A stretch of DNA of 63,984 nt, the filler included, from Folioceros fuciformis (taxonomy: Eukaryota): the NCBI GenBank assembly GCA_049999805.1. It is 13 parts of 13 records of this genome, joined end to end, with 100 filler letters (N's around TTAATTAATTAA, not from the genome) between each part and the next. Parts side by side here need not be neighbours in the genome. Positions count along the whole stretch, not along the records: positions 1 to 13,446 come from JBNGIO010003602.1; 12 more parts are not named here. The stretch is one strand, 5' to 3'. A program made the position numbers and the translations under genes. Below are positions 1 through 12,145 of the stretch, piece after piece (position 1 is the stretch's first letter; each line of letters begins with the position of its first letter). Below the pieces are notes generated by a model. The model saw only the letters and a list, made by a program, of their open reading frames with translations, was not told where the DNA came from and did no database searches.

Positions 1-403
1 CCTTGCCTATGTGAGGTTTAGGGTTTAACAATGCTATGGACCCTTCCGCTCCCAGATATCACCTGGAGGTTAGTATGTTTGGCAGAATGGATTGCCTTAA
101 TGCCTTGGGTTTATCTTATGGAGGTGGTGTTGGTTGGGCTTTGCCTACTTTTATTTTGTTATGTACTTCAGACTCAGCCGGAAAAATTGAATGTATTATT
201 ACATATTATGCTGATTGCAATGTAAAACAAGCAATTGTACACATGGTTCCTTCGCCCATTTCATCGGGACCTGATAGGGTTATCCCCTCTCCGACAGGCA
301 GGCGTTGGTCCAAATAAGGTTAACTTAAGGCCCCTATTTGAACTTTTTACAAGGCACTATGTTACAATTGGGGGTAAAGAATGGGTGAAGAAAGAACAGA
401 GAT

Positions 404-1844
404 TCAACCATCTTCGTCATCTTCACAATCATAGTCATCCTCGAGTTGTTGCCTTTCTTGGGCCAGTTGTAACTGCAGGCTCTCCAAATCCACAGGATTA
501 ACTATATCAACGTCGCCCTCATCTACCTGTGTCTGGGTTTCTGAATCCCTATCCACATCTACCTGCGTGTCTACGTCTTCGACTTCGTCTTGAGACCAGC
601 CCTTTGCCTGTTCTACTTTGACATCTGGTGCTGGTGCTACCTCCTCATTCTCATCAGGTTCCCTATTCAAGTCAAAATTTCTTGCTTGAGCCTTCAGAGA
701 TTCAATGTGTGAGGGTTCTCTGCTCTCAGATTCCTCCTTCTTCACAGCTGAAGATCCTTTTCTCTTCTCCGCTTCTGGTGCGCAGCTGTCCAGCTCTGCT
801 TCTTCAGCTTTGTCAGCTCCCGGTCCATGTCTTTCTCTCGCACCATTCTTCCCCCGGCCCCTTCCCCTGCCTCTACCGCGACCTCTACCAGGTGTGGGTT
901 GCGAATCCTGAATCAATGACAATGACAGGAGTTAGGGACAAATAAGCCCCTCCACCAAGGAAACATACCGCTGCCAAAAGCAATCAGCAGGTACTCCTAA
1001 TGCATCACCACAAAACCTAACAGTCTACGAGATCCTGGACTTACAGATTTTGGCCGTTTAACAGCCTCCTCTTCCTCACTGTCGTTGCTATCTCCATCTA
1101 CGGCTTTTCTGCAGCCATGTGCAACAAGCTACTAAGTCGAAAGCACAAAATCAGAGAAACGTACCATGAACCATAAAGAGACACACGGCATGTCACAGGA
1201 TATTAGGTACCTCTTTTTGCCAGTGTGTTTCTCCTCTGCATTGGCGTCAGTTGAAATGTCTGGAACCTTAGAAACAATTTCCTGTAAGAAGTCAAACACG
1301 CTGTTCGACTGTACGCATTGCTTTCTGCCAACACAAGCCCACGAACCATCCAAACAGACTTCAATAAAGCATTGAGATTGGGAAAGGAACACATTACTAG
1401 AGCAGGCACCTGTTGAGCACAAAAAAGACGAGGGAATGAAAAAGGGCAATGCTTACAAATGGAGCGCACTCATAGTCTTGGCTCCCCTCTTCAAGGTGAT
1501 CTGGGCCGTCTTGTCACACAGTCTTTGCAAAAAAAGCTCCAGAGCCTTAGCTGCAGTCCCGAAGCCAATTAGCTGGAGATCCCCTCAAATGACTCGGGAT
1601 TCAGAAAACCAAGAGAATCGGTGTACTTACAAATAAGGACGGGAGTTGCCATTGCAATCTTCCCTACTTCCTCATCGGCCTGCATGATCTTCTTTATCCG
1701 AGCCTGTGCACAAAACAAGATGCAGACACGCACATCAAGCTCGGCTGCCATGAATTCCACTTTGAATGGTCGATTGACAGCACAGAGGAGGAAAATCTCT
1801 GCGCAACTGACCGCCGGAAATCGTGTGTCTAACTTCTTCCTCAT
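404..1844 (-). CDS. DRAP1: DR1-associated corepressor (NC2-alpha, histone-fold), 6 exons
   Basis: Phase-consistent GT-AG exons 1844-1812, 1703-1631, 1550-1457, 1324-1211, 1108-1045, 907-404 give [50 protein letters not shown]...FDFLQEIVSKVPD, then a (GR)n tract, FDLNREP and an acidic C-terminus, as in plant NC2-alpha. Confidence 0.93.
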
Positions 1845-2315
1845 CGCGCACTACCCAGTTACAACAGCCGTACCCCGTCGATGCCGCGAGCTGGCCAAGG
1901 GTTACCTCACAGCTTCGACCATACAATGGCTTTCAAGCTTAACTTAAACCCGTCTCCTTTCTTAACTCGGCCAGCACGTTCTAATGGCTGCTCTGCGCTT
2001 CACCTTTCAGCACAACCAAAACCTCCTTTTGTGCCGATCACAGTCTAGTCGTCAACAAGGAGAGATGCGAATTTGCTGAACGACATCAACAACATCATCG
2101 ATATATGTTCACGGAGTCCATACCTTTTGTAACCAACCTAAACGTTGGTATCTTGTCGAGTTGTAATAACTGCAACGTAGTGGCCAGAACCGTCCTCGGT
2201 AAGGTTTGCCAACGCGGAAAGACAGCAACAAGTGCACGGAGGTGGCTGTGGAAATAGTTGTGCCTCCCGTTGCCACTGGAGCTTGCCGGATGATGCTCAC
2301 ACGTCAGGCCTGCAG

Positions 2316-2600
2316 GAGGCAATGGGAGCGTAACGGCTGACGCCGTGAGCGAGCTGCGTGGCCAGGGGCCATCTTAGTGAGGCTGTTGAGGCTTTGGGAA
2401 TTTTTGTACAGGCAGACGGTTGTGTTTCGAAGTCCCTCATGCATATTACACTCGAGACATATATGTTGGACAAGGATCTTGTTCACCATCGCTGGGTTCA
2501 GGTTTTGGGGTACCAGTCGGTCACGTTTCTGAGCAACCGCATCATGCGGATGTATGCCTATGACGGCAAGTTGCGAAAGGCTATACATACGCTGGGCGGA
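2316..2600 (+). pseudogene. Truncated PPR (PLS-class-like) N-terminal fragment
   Basis: GHLSEAVEALG...LETYMLDKDLV...LGYQSVTFLSNRIMRMYAYDGKLRKA resembles the first PPR motifs (FLxNxLIxMYxxCGxLxxA). It ends after about one repeat. Confidence 0.55.
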
Positions 2601-2829
2601 TATTATTGTCTAGATTGCCCATCTGGCAGGTTAAACCTGTAGAGGAGTCGGTAATGTGATGTGATCTTTGACTTTGTTTCCACAATAAAAGAGCATTGCA
2701 TATACATTTTGTATTTTGTAGTTCTGATTACTCTCCATGTAGAAAAGGGTGTTTTTGCATAGTGTCATTTGGAGGGACTATAGGGACCATCTAGGCTATA
2801 ATATTATTATTATATCAATACTACCAGAT

Positions 2830-3780
2830 ATGGTAGTATTCCCCAAAGATAGATGTAACCTAGATGGGTCACCATACCCACTTTAGAATTGTTCAATATA
2901 TTTTTTAAGCTGCTTAGTATACTCAATCTATCTTAAGAAGACTTCAAGATGGACACAAATGTTAGCAACTTAGCTTAACACACTTCATCTCCTACAAAAG
3001 GGTTGAGGGCATTAGTATTTGCATCTAAAGACATGTTCAAAAAATTTTCAACAAACTATTCACTAAGAGTATATGTTCATCTATATCTTCAAAATAAAAT
3101 TTATGACACTTGTGTAGTACACCAAAACTAGAAAACTTATTATTCAATGCATTAATAATATCTAAAGCATATTTATTTGGCCTAGCAATGCATGATAGTC
3201 TTGAGAAGAAGAATTGCATGGACTACATGGGTCTTGTCCTTGTCGCAAATTTTTAGTAAAAGTAGCTTGGACAAATTATTCTACTCATAGTTTAACCTCT
3301 AAACAACCAATGAACATCAATAACCCCAGATATAGTAAAGACTCGCAATTCACACAAAGCAGTCATTTTCTTGATGTTTAAATCACCATATTTACAATTG
3401 CTCAATTCTCTTGTGCAAGTGCACTTGGAATGTAGACCAACTTCAAAAACTCTGTTCGTATCATCCCATTATGTAAATAATATACATAAATAATTAAGTG
3501 TTGCACCATTGCTTTGTACCTTTGCTTCCTCATCTATGAGTATCCTCAACTATGGACTTGAACATAACCTCCCTTTTTGTTGTTCATGTAAAAACATTGG
3601 TTGTGAGAACCAAATGCTCTTTACAAGCACTATCTGTAAGACATATATCATATGTCTTCACTTCTAGGAAGCCTTCTAGCCCAATATTTCCCATGAACTC
3701 ATACAGGTCCTCATACATGTGGAAACTCAAATCCTTGGCAATAATAAAAATAAGCTGCACTTCAACAAGTTGAGAATCTC
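2830..3780 (-). mobile_element. Degenerate hAT-family (ZNF862/DUF4371-like) transposase remnant
   Basis: The minus strand reads SSP*LRILIDE...QHLIIYVYYLHNGMIRTEFLKLVYIPSALAQE with stops and frameshifts, matching the hAT 'DE...HLIIYVxY...TxFLxLVxxP' segment. Boundaries are approximate. Confidence 0.55.
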
Positions 3781-3895
3781 CTTCTCCTTCTTCTCCTTCT
3801 TCTCCTTTTTGTAAAAATGTATGATGTGCTCCTTACATGGTACTTGAATGCACTCTTAGAAGTTTTGGCCTCTGGCTTTTACCCTGTTTGAGTCT

Positions 3896-4093
3896 TGACC
3901 TTTGCTTGCCTTATTGCACCATGATCATGTTTTTCACAAATGATATAAAACATGCGACAGTCTCCATTGATTGAGCATAACTCCACGAGGTTTGAGTAGT
4001 GACCTTTGCTTGCCTCATTGCACCTCATTGATCATGTTTTTCATACATGATATAAAACATGTGATGGTCTCCATTGATTAAGCAGAACTCCAC
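3896..4093. repeat. Imperfect direct repeat, 2 copies of about 90-105 bp
   Basis: tgacctttgcttgcct...gatataaaacatg...actccac starts at 3896 and again at about 4000. Confidence 0.85.
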
Positions 4094-4917
4094 CTAATAA
4101 AATATGGCATTCCATTCTTTCTTAAAGACTTTTGCTTTTGTATTGTTTGTCTCTTTTGCCTTTGTTGGCTTATTTAGCTGTTATTCCCACTCCTTATTTT
4201 GTCATTATGTGGAGCCCCTCCAAAAAAATAGATGCTGAATTTTGTGAACAATGAGTCATCATTCACTTTAAAATTATAAATATATATATTAATATAGCCA
4301 AAGAAGAGCCAAAAAAAGAACTTAAAAGACGATGAACTAAAAAAAAAATTAGCTCTAACAACAATGATTTATTCTCCTATTGCTAGCATTATAGTCTTAT
4401 GTTGTCTTGAGGAGTGTTCATTAATAGCTACGGTATGACAAGAATCTTCATATAAACCTATGATTAAGATGCCAGATCTTAGCCCATCCATGTGAATGAG
4501 CATGCACATGAACAAAATAATGGTGTTACATATGATATTGTGCACATTAATAACTATCTCATAGTTCAAAATAAAATACCATGTTTTATAGATATACAAG
4601 TTGGAACCAATAAATTCTCATTAGAATGGCCGTCTCATTAATAGGCCACCCATGGCACGGTATAAGTACATTAAGACATGGCACCATAAGTCCATAAGTA
4701 CATGACTACGTCGCCATATCAATTATAAATCCGTGGGTCCACGGAGCATGTGACTATGTGACATACAAGCCCTTTTTGGAACCATTGGTCCCCAAAAATG
4801 AGGATCAAGAGACCAAGATAGAGCTTTTTACTGATAACAGTCGGAGTAGAGGAAGATAGCAAGAGGAAACTATGTCAAACAAGTGTTTTGATGTGCAAAT
4901 GAGCAATGATGGCGCTG

Positions 4918-5178
4918 TTAGTGCCAACTAGCTAGAGCCTCACGATTCAATTCATCTACTCGTTTGCTATTAGTGTTAGCTAGCTAGAGCTTCGGAATTC
5001 AATTCATCTACTTGTTTGCTGTAAGTGCTAACTAGCTAGAGCCTCGGTATTCAATTCATCTACCCATTTGCTATTAGTGCTAACTAGCTAGAGCCTCGGA
5101 ATTCAATTCATCTACCCGTTNNNNNNNNNNTTAGTGCTAACTAGCTAGAGCCTCGGAATTCAATTCATCTACCCGTTC
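4918..5178. repeat. 52-bp minisatellite, at least 5 copies (10-N gap inside)
   Basis: Unit ttagtgctaactagctagagcctcggaattcaattcatctacccgtttgcta starts at 4918, 4970, 5022, 5074 and 5131. Confidence 0.95.
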
Positions 5179-5514
5179 GCCCCTTTGTAGTGTTCATTCA
5201 TCTCCCCATAGAGTAGTTGGAGTGTCAAATAGGATCCCTCATGTCATTTTTAATCAAATATACAATTCAAATTTTTATAGACATAGCCGTGCAAACAATG
5301 CAAGAAGATGCAATAAAAAGTTTTACAAGACTATGTCTTTAAAATTGTAGTACATTCAGTATACATTTTCAACATTATTTTATCTTATACTCAATGCTAA
5401 CAAAGTACGAGAATACATGTATAGTAGTCTTTACATACAAGAGACCATGAGGGTTGACTATGATCCTTTAGACCATGCGAGATGATGATGATGAAAGATT
5501 TTACAATACATGTT

Positions 5515-8311
5515 TTACAACACATCTGTAAGATCTATTGGTGGATTGAAAGTCTCAAAAGATGCTCTTCTACCTGAATATTTTATATATCCTTCAACAA
5601 TACCAATTTGTATGTTAGCGTATATAAAAATTTGTTCATAACCAACACGCCTCGCAATTTTCAAAGATGCTCTAAACTCAACTCTCGCTTCAACATACCT
5701 ATAAAAGCAAATCTCATATTTAAACATATATTCACATATTTAAATTTATATATTAATTTAAAAACATAAAATATACAAACCTTCCAAGTTGAGAGGCTAT
5801 GTTGCCAAGTGTAAAATGGGCTCTAGCTTGACTTGCTTCATCGTTAAGTATTTTACATATTTGTAAATATCTACATAAACACAATCCTAATTAAATGAAG
5901 AGGAAAATCTCCCAAAATATAAGCGCCAGAATTACAAATGCTGTCATCCAAGGACACAGCTAAACAACTGATTAGTAATATACCTCGTCAAACAAGCCCT
6001 CGAAGCTAGATATTTTTCTCTCTTGAAAAATAAATAACCCAAATTGCCGAGAGATATTCCTTGCTTGTGCAAATCTTCCATCTCAGTAGCGCACCTCAAT
6101 GCCCTCTAAACCCATTCAAGATACATAACTTGTTCAATATCGTATATATTTTTAAATTGTTTTTAGAATTTTATATTTCTCTATATTCAGATTATATATA
6201 TATAAATATTACTTTTGCTAATGACGCTTTACAAGTATTAATCTTACCCTATGACTTTGCACTGCTTCATTGTAAAACGCAAGTTTAGTTGCTACAAATC
6301 CCATATTCGTGAAGGCGACAAATTGGCCAGGAATATCTGCAACTTCAGAATGCTTTGTATGGGCTTGCAAAGCCCTCTCGTACTGTTACAATTACCCATG
6401 ACGTCAAAATATTAAAAAATAAATCTTCAAAATTGGATCATGAACATTTGTGTCAGTAATCCGTCCATGACTTGATTGGAGGGGTGGGAAAGGGGTGAAT
6501 CATACTTGAAGTAGGCTTAGTGTAGCTGCTTCTATCTCCTTTTTAGTAGGGATTAATTTTTTGGTAATTCCCTTTAATTTTATAATTTGACACTCTTGTA
6601 ATGAACATCCCAAGGCATTATAAGCACATGCTTGTGCTTCAAAGTCGTCAATTCGAGAACAAAATGTAATCATGTTTTCATAGTTCTCTTGTGCTCTTGC
6701 ATAATCCTAATGTAAAGCATATTGAACCAAGACAGAAACTCAGTTTATGCACTTTGAATAGATCTATCAACGATGCAACATTAATTTTTTGGAATTGTTG
6801 TAAATTGAGAAGTACTTGAATATTATCGCAAGTGACCCCTGCACAAAAAAATGCTCTTGTAGCTCCGGGATACTTCTTCTTTTGTACACATGAATGAGCA
6901 GTTTTCTCGTAATCAGAAATTTTTCCTTCATAAGCTACAAAAATTAACGATTAGTTTCAAGGGTTTTAAGTCGTACATTTGAACCCTTCATTAAAGACTT
7001 TTTAAGAATTAAAAAAAAAAAGTGAACAAAATATTGCTCTTACAACTACTATTATCTGCAACGTGTTGTTGTTCATCTCCTGTCAACCTCTCTGGTGCAC
7101 GTAACCTGTCGGGAGGTATAATCCTTAGGAAGCTCGTCCCTGAATCTAAGTCTATAGGTAAATACAAAATTTGGATTTAGTGATAATCACCTACCAAAAA
7201 CCGCATAGGTTTACGTAATGCCACTATGCAAACAGCTCTTCTCCATAAGAATAATCAAACATTATGAGGGATTACCACATACCATTAGGGTTAGGCCTAT
7301 CTTTATCTCGCTTATTTTTATTCCTGTTCATTCAACACAAGAACATATAAAACACTCCTTAAACAAAGCCAACAAATCTTTTCATCACGACACTATTTTA
7401 AGATGTAGCATAATGAGATTATTCCTACAGTGTTGAGCTTACCAAATACCTTTAAAAAACCCCATATGCGGTGAAGCTGCAATTCAAAATCAGTGAAGAT
7501 TAATTGTTATAAAAATTGATTTTTTTAAAACTACTTAATCATCAAATGTTGCAAACTAACCATTTCCAAAATCAGGCAATTCACTTCCTATTGATTTTAG
7601 CATAGATGCATCATCTCCTTCATGTTCATGGATGCTTGGACTTTTGAATTGATTGAAATCGCTCTATAATGGTGTTTACTCATGTTTAATAAACCACAGC
7701 CCAACAAAAGCATTTCACTCAATAGGTTGGGAAGGGAAGGGAAGCAAATTTTGATACCCTCAAAGGAGATGATGGTCTCTTCTCTGAAGCAACAAAGGTA
7801 TCTCCTTGAAATGTTCTTCCTTTGGTTCTTTGATACTCGGTCTCTTCCCTTGGTATGAAGCAAGCTTTGCAACTTTGATTGTTTTCCACAAGAGAACTTT
7901 CTGTTGTTGATTGGTCTCTTTCTTTAAGATCCTTTATACCATTCAGATTATAACTATTTTCCACAATGACATCAAACTTCTCTTTGCCAAGCTTATGCCT
8001 CAATGTCTCTGTCCAATCCAACAACACAGAAGACTTTGCTCTTATTTTCTTCGAAGTCTTTTTTGCTCTGCTTGTTCTCACAGTGTCTACTACAGGTTTT
8101 GTTGGTGGATGTCTCTCTTCAGTTGAAGCTATTGCACTTGCTTTTGGTGCGATTTGAGATGATTTCGGTGCTAATGGTATACGAGTTGGTGTTTCATTTT
8201 CTGCACTACGATAATGATGTGGCAATCCTTTGAGCAAAGTTACTTTTTTACATATCCAACTTATGTTTCCTTTGTTGAGATTCTCAGTATCAAAGCTATC
8301 TTTGTCTGTCT
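5515..8311 (-). CDS. Multi-exon tetratricopeptide-repeat protein (5' end unresolved)
   Basis: Phase-consistent, stop-free GT-AG exons: 8311-7758, 7663-7561, 7476-7443, 7323-7283, 7151-7044, 6934-6816, 6706-6506, 6382-6248, 6105-5984, 5870-5781, 5698-5515. TPR motifs include AQACAYNALG, GQFVAFTNMG, QGISLGNLG and QARAHFTLGNIA. Confidence 0.82.
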
Positions 8312-9744
8312 CTATGAACCACATGTTGGACAAGATTCTGTATACATGACACAATTTCATCAACAGTTGAGTAAGAAACATCATAAAGATAAATTACATG
8401 CATGTAAATTCAACAGCACCTAATATGGAACACATTATTGAACCCATTTAATTAATGATCTTATCTTGCAGAGTTTTAATGAACTAGAATAAATTTCATA
8501 AAAATATGATAAAAGCCTTACTCTTCTTAGCAAAAGAAGAAATTATAATTCTTTTTGTTTTAAATTTAACATTCACTACATCTTTGCTAGACTAAACTAA
8601 TAACACCTCCACAAAAGTATATGCATCTAAGACTGGTTGGTTGGGGTGCATAGTGCTTGATATATCATCTTTTCATTTGTGATAATCTGGTATGCGCATG
8701 AAGTAGCGCTTGTAATGCTGTGAAGAAGCTGCTTGGGAAAGCTGGAAAACAAACAACGTGGACAGATACGTGCACATAACAAACTACGTGAGGCAAACAC
8801 AAGACAGGCCGCCAACCGAAACGGCGCAAGATAAATTGTAAATCATCAGGGGAAGGAAGGACTGGAGCGTGAGCAAATGGAGGTAGGAGGCTTGGCTCGG
8901 CAAATTGCAAAGTGATTGGCGGCTGACCGTACCATTCAGTGTGTGGCCTGAATCTTGCGATCCGCAGCTGGAGGATCCTCCAAGGGCACAGCACGCTCAA
9001 TCAAGACTGCGAAAAAGCGTGTGTAGTCTCGGCTGCCAATCGAGAATGCCGGCTCCAAGTTCCGACTGCCTGTGTCTCATGGCGAGCCGCTGCCAGGCTG
9101 ACCAGCTTCACGTGCGAGGCCTGCGCATTGGAGAGTGATCACCTGCACAGAGCCAGTGACGGAGCTCGAGCGCGGCACAGCAGGCTGGTTGGAGCAGAAA
9201 TCCAAGGAAGCTGTGGCTAGGGCTTAGGAAGCCAATCCCAGAGGGCGTGTCCCAACGCTGTTAGGCCGACCTTAACCGCCGGTTCTTGCGGAACAATGTC
9301 AAGCCTGTTCACGTTTGCGCCGCGTTGGATGGTTGGCAATCCTGTCATCGTTAGCGGCACTTTCTCCTCTTGAGGAATTCACTCAGGAGTCGAAGTCGGC
9401 TTGGCAGGGGTCGCTCCTGCCTGTAGAAAGGCTGTGACGATGATGAATTCAGCGCAGGGACGATACGAGGGAATCTATGCCCGAAACCCTTATCTCTTGA
9501 GCCCGGTAGAGCCTTCAATCGAAAATTTGAAGGGTAAACTTGATTTATTATCTTATTCAATAGCCTATCAAACTACCTTATATGTTTGAATTTGATATGG
9601 AAGCCAGAAAACAATGAAATCGGAAGGCAAGGCGAGATTGTTGGAGAGGATTCGAAGCTGCGGAAGACGATGACTGACAGCTGCTTGATTCTTCACATGG
9701 CCACTCTTTCATGGTTTGCGAAGGGAAACTTGATGATGGGAAGT

Positions 9745-11008
9745 TCAAAACAGTTCCGTAGGCGCCCAGTTGGGATGTGGAGCAACAATCAGCACAGGTT
9801 GTTTCGTGATGGGATGCGTGAACGATAAGCGTTCGGCGTGCAGGCAATGGGCATCATACTTCGTGCCATCCCACAGGTGAGGTCCACCGTATTTCACATC
9901 GCCTATCAAGGGCATTCCCAAGTAGCAGCAGTGCAGCCTTATTTGGTGTGTTCTCCCCGTTAAAGGGCTTGCACGGAGGACGATCTCAACATCTCCTGCA
10001 GGCTTGTCCTCGTTCTGGGTTGCATCCTCTGTCCTGTCATTCCCAACAACCAGCACCTTCCTTGCGGGGACACTGCCATCCTGAGTACACGATTTCAACT
10101 TGAGAGCCTGAAAAGAAGCACCAAGTGCCGGTGCCCTGGGCCCAATCACCTGGAAGATCGTCTTCATGTCCTTTATACAAGACCCTCCTTTGCCAGGAAG
10201 CTTTCTTCCGATGTCGTGAACCGAGTACACCCGCCACGCGCCGAACCTAGACCTTCCATGCCCGGACTCAATTTGCATGTCCGTCCACTCCGGATGTCTT
10301 CCAGCACATCGAGCCACGTACGCCTTCTCCACCTGCCTTTTTGTGAACATATTGGCTAGCTTCCCGCAAGCATCCTTGCACTTTGCCACCACCAGCACTC
10401 CACTGGTGTCACGATCTAGACGATGTACTAAGTGGGCGAAAGGTTGAGAATCCTCAGCTGCACAGAAGTAGCGGGGGAATGAGCGCATGCCAGCCACATG
10501 CAAATGAGCAAAACGAACACCCTGCACCTTGTTCACGAGTTTCCAAGTCCCCGTCTTGTAACATGGACTTGACAGTGGCAAGCACATGCTCAGAGTAGAT
10601 CCCAGAAGGCTTGTTGAACACTATCAACCACTCATCCTCATAGAGAATGTGCTGCCTGCTGACTCCCTCGTTACACTGCATGGCGGCTTCTGCCACCATC
10701 GCCCGCTCCAGCTCCACCGATCTAGCATATTCGGAGCTGAATGGCGTAAGGGGAACCGGAAGGTCCAGAGTCTCAACAGAACTCTGCTGAAGCAAGGGAG
10801 ATGCATCAAGGTCCGTATCGGAAGAGCTCTGTTGAGCATTACTTGGAGGGACAACGACGGCTGCCAAGCTAGTGCCACAACCGTTGGTTGAGGCCACAAC
10901 CATATTGTGAACCTGCCTTTGCCAGGAAAAAAGCTGCGTGACCTCGGCTGGACATGTTCTCCAGCCAGCAATTGAAAAAGACCCGCAGGATAGCAACCTG
11001 CTGCACAT
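9745..11008 (-). CDS. RluA-family RNA pseudouridine synthase (plant PUS1-like), 2 exons
   Basis: Exons 11008-10528 and 10457-9745 join the two ORFs in frame. Motifs ILYEDEWLIVFNKPSG, HRLDRDTSG (catalytic Asp), SGHGRSRFGAWRVY, GRTHQIRLH, LIGDVKYG and LHAERLSFTHP are present. Alternative start at 10903. Confidence 0.92.
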
Positions 11009-11510
11009 TCCCGAGGCCGGCAAATCACCAAGAGAGCAAACCCTAAAGACACAATGGGGACCAATGGAATGAAAAATCCCTTGGTCTTCCCAATCTGACG
11101 AGCTCTGCGTGGCCTCTTCTCTTATTTTGTCTCCGGATCCAGATTTCGCAGACGAAGGCTTCTGCCTCTAACAGCAATTGTCATCCATCTCATGGCAGTA
11201 GAAACCGGTTCGGTTTTGGTCAACATTCATCATGCTAATCATGGAGGCTTGGTACAGAAGGAACGCAGGTCTCGCTTCTGCTGTGGGAGTGGCAGTTAAT
11301 TCGACAATACTGTCGGTCAGGCGGAACCACAGAGCAGGGCTTGCTTGGGGAAGGAAGGCAGGTCTTGCCTCTGCTTCGTAGAACAGTTCTGCGTGAGCAA
11401 CAGCAGGGGATCAGAGTTGTCTAACTGAATGATCTGAGTCCTCATCACGGTAATCAGAGGGTTGAGCAGGCTAGGGTCTGTCATGCAGCTTGTGTGATGT
11501 TACACAAGAG

Positions 11511-12145
11511 ATGACACCTCAACTTCGTCAGCTGGTAGTGGTGGTGGAAAGCACAGCTGGTTTGGGATATCGAAGGCCTTATTTACGCTGGGATTATGCC
11601 GAGAAAATTGTTCGAGCTTTGTATGGTAACGATGTCAATGGTCAGAAGTTATCCGTTATCTCAGGAGAAACTGGTTCGGTTTTGTTCGACAGCCAGCAAG
11701 CTAGTCATGGAGGGCTGGCACAGCATGTGGGCTGGACAAGCAGTATGGATGCCTTGCTTCAATGGCTGTGTAACATACAAATTCAGCATGGGAAGGTTTG
11801 GGGAAGTAGCCATGACCTAGGGGCTGGCAGAGTGTGTATTCCAGGGTGAAGTGTGGCAAGCGTAACTAATCGGACAGGGAAACGTACGTCCCCATGATGG
11901 CTACATCTGGCGCTCCAACACAGCAATGCCTGTTTTCACGCCACTTATTGATTATGGTGGCGACTGTAATGCCTCGGAAAGAGAGACACGCCAGTGGCGC
12001 CTTGCAGGCTCAGATGCTGTGGCCAACTGGTTCCCTCGATGCTTATGTCTCCTGGTCAGTCATTTGCCCAAGAAGACGTATCCAAGCTGCGCTCGGTTTA
12101 CAACATGGGCAAGGGAATGCACAGTGAACTGACCCAAAGATCTTT
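11511..12145 (+). pseudogene. MED25: Processed pseudogene of Mediator subunit 25 (vWA domain only)
   Basis: RQLVVVVESTAGLG..DYAEKIVRALYGNDVNGQK..GWTSSMDALLQWLCNI, then frameshifted FSMGRFGEVAMT*GLAE..SDAVANWF..KLRSVYNMGK. This matches the PFT1/MED25 N-terminus, has no introns and contains stops and frameshifts. Confidence 0.8.

Noticed and set aside
4918-5178. CRISPR-like array (also 29612-30410, 35260-35460, 47398-47599, 51506-51769)
   Set aside because: These are head-to-tail tandem units with no unique spacers and no cas genes, in a eukaryotic context.
6248-6934. Reading the TPR region as one stop-riddled pseudogene exon
   Set aside because: Allowing two internal introns gives clean, phase-matched TPR exons; the apparent stops come from reading through the introns and out of frame.
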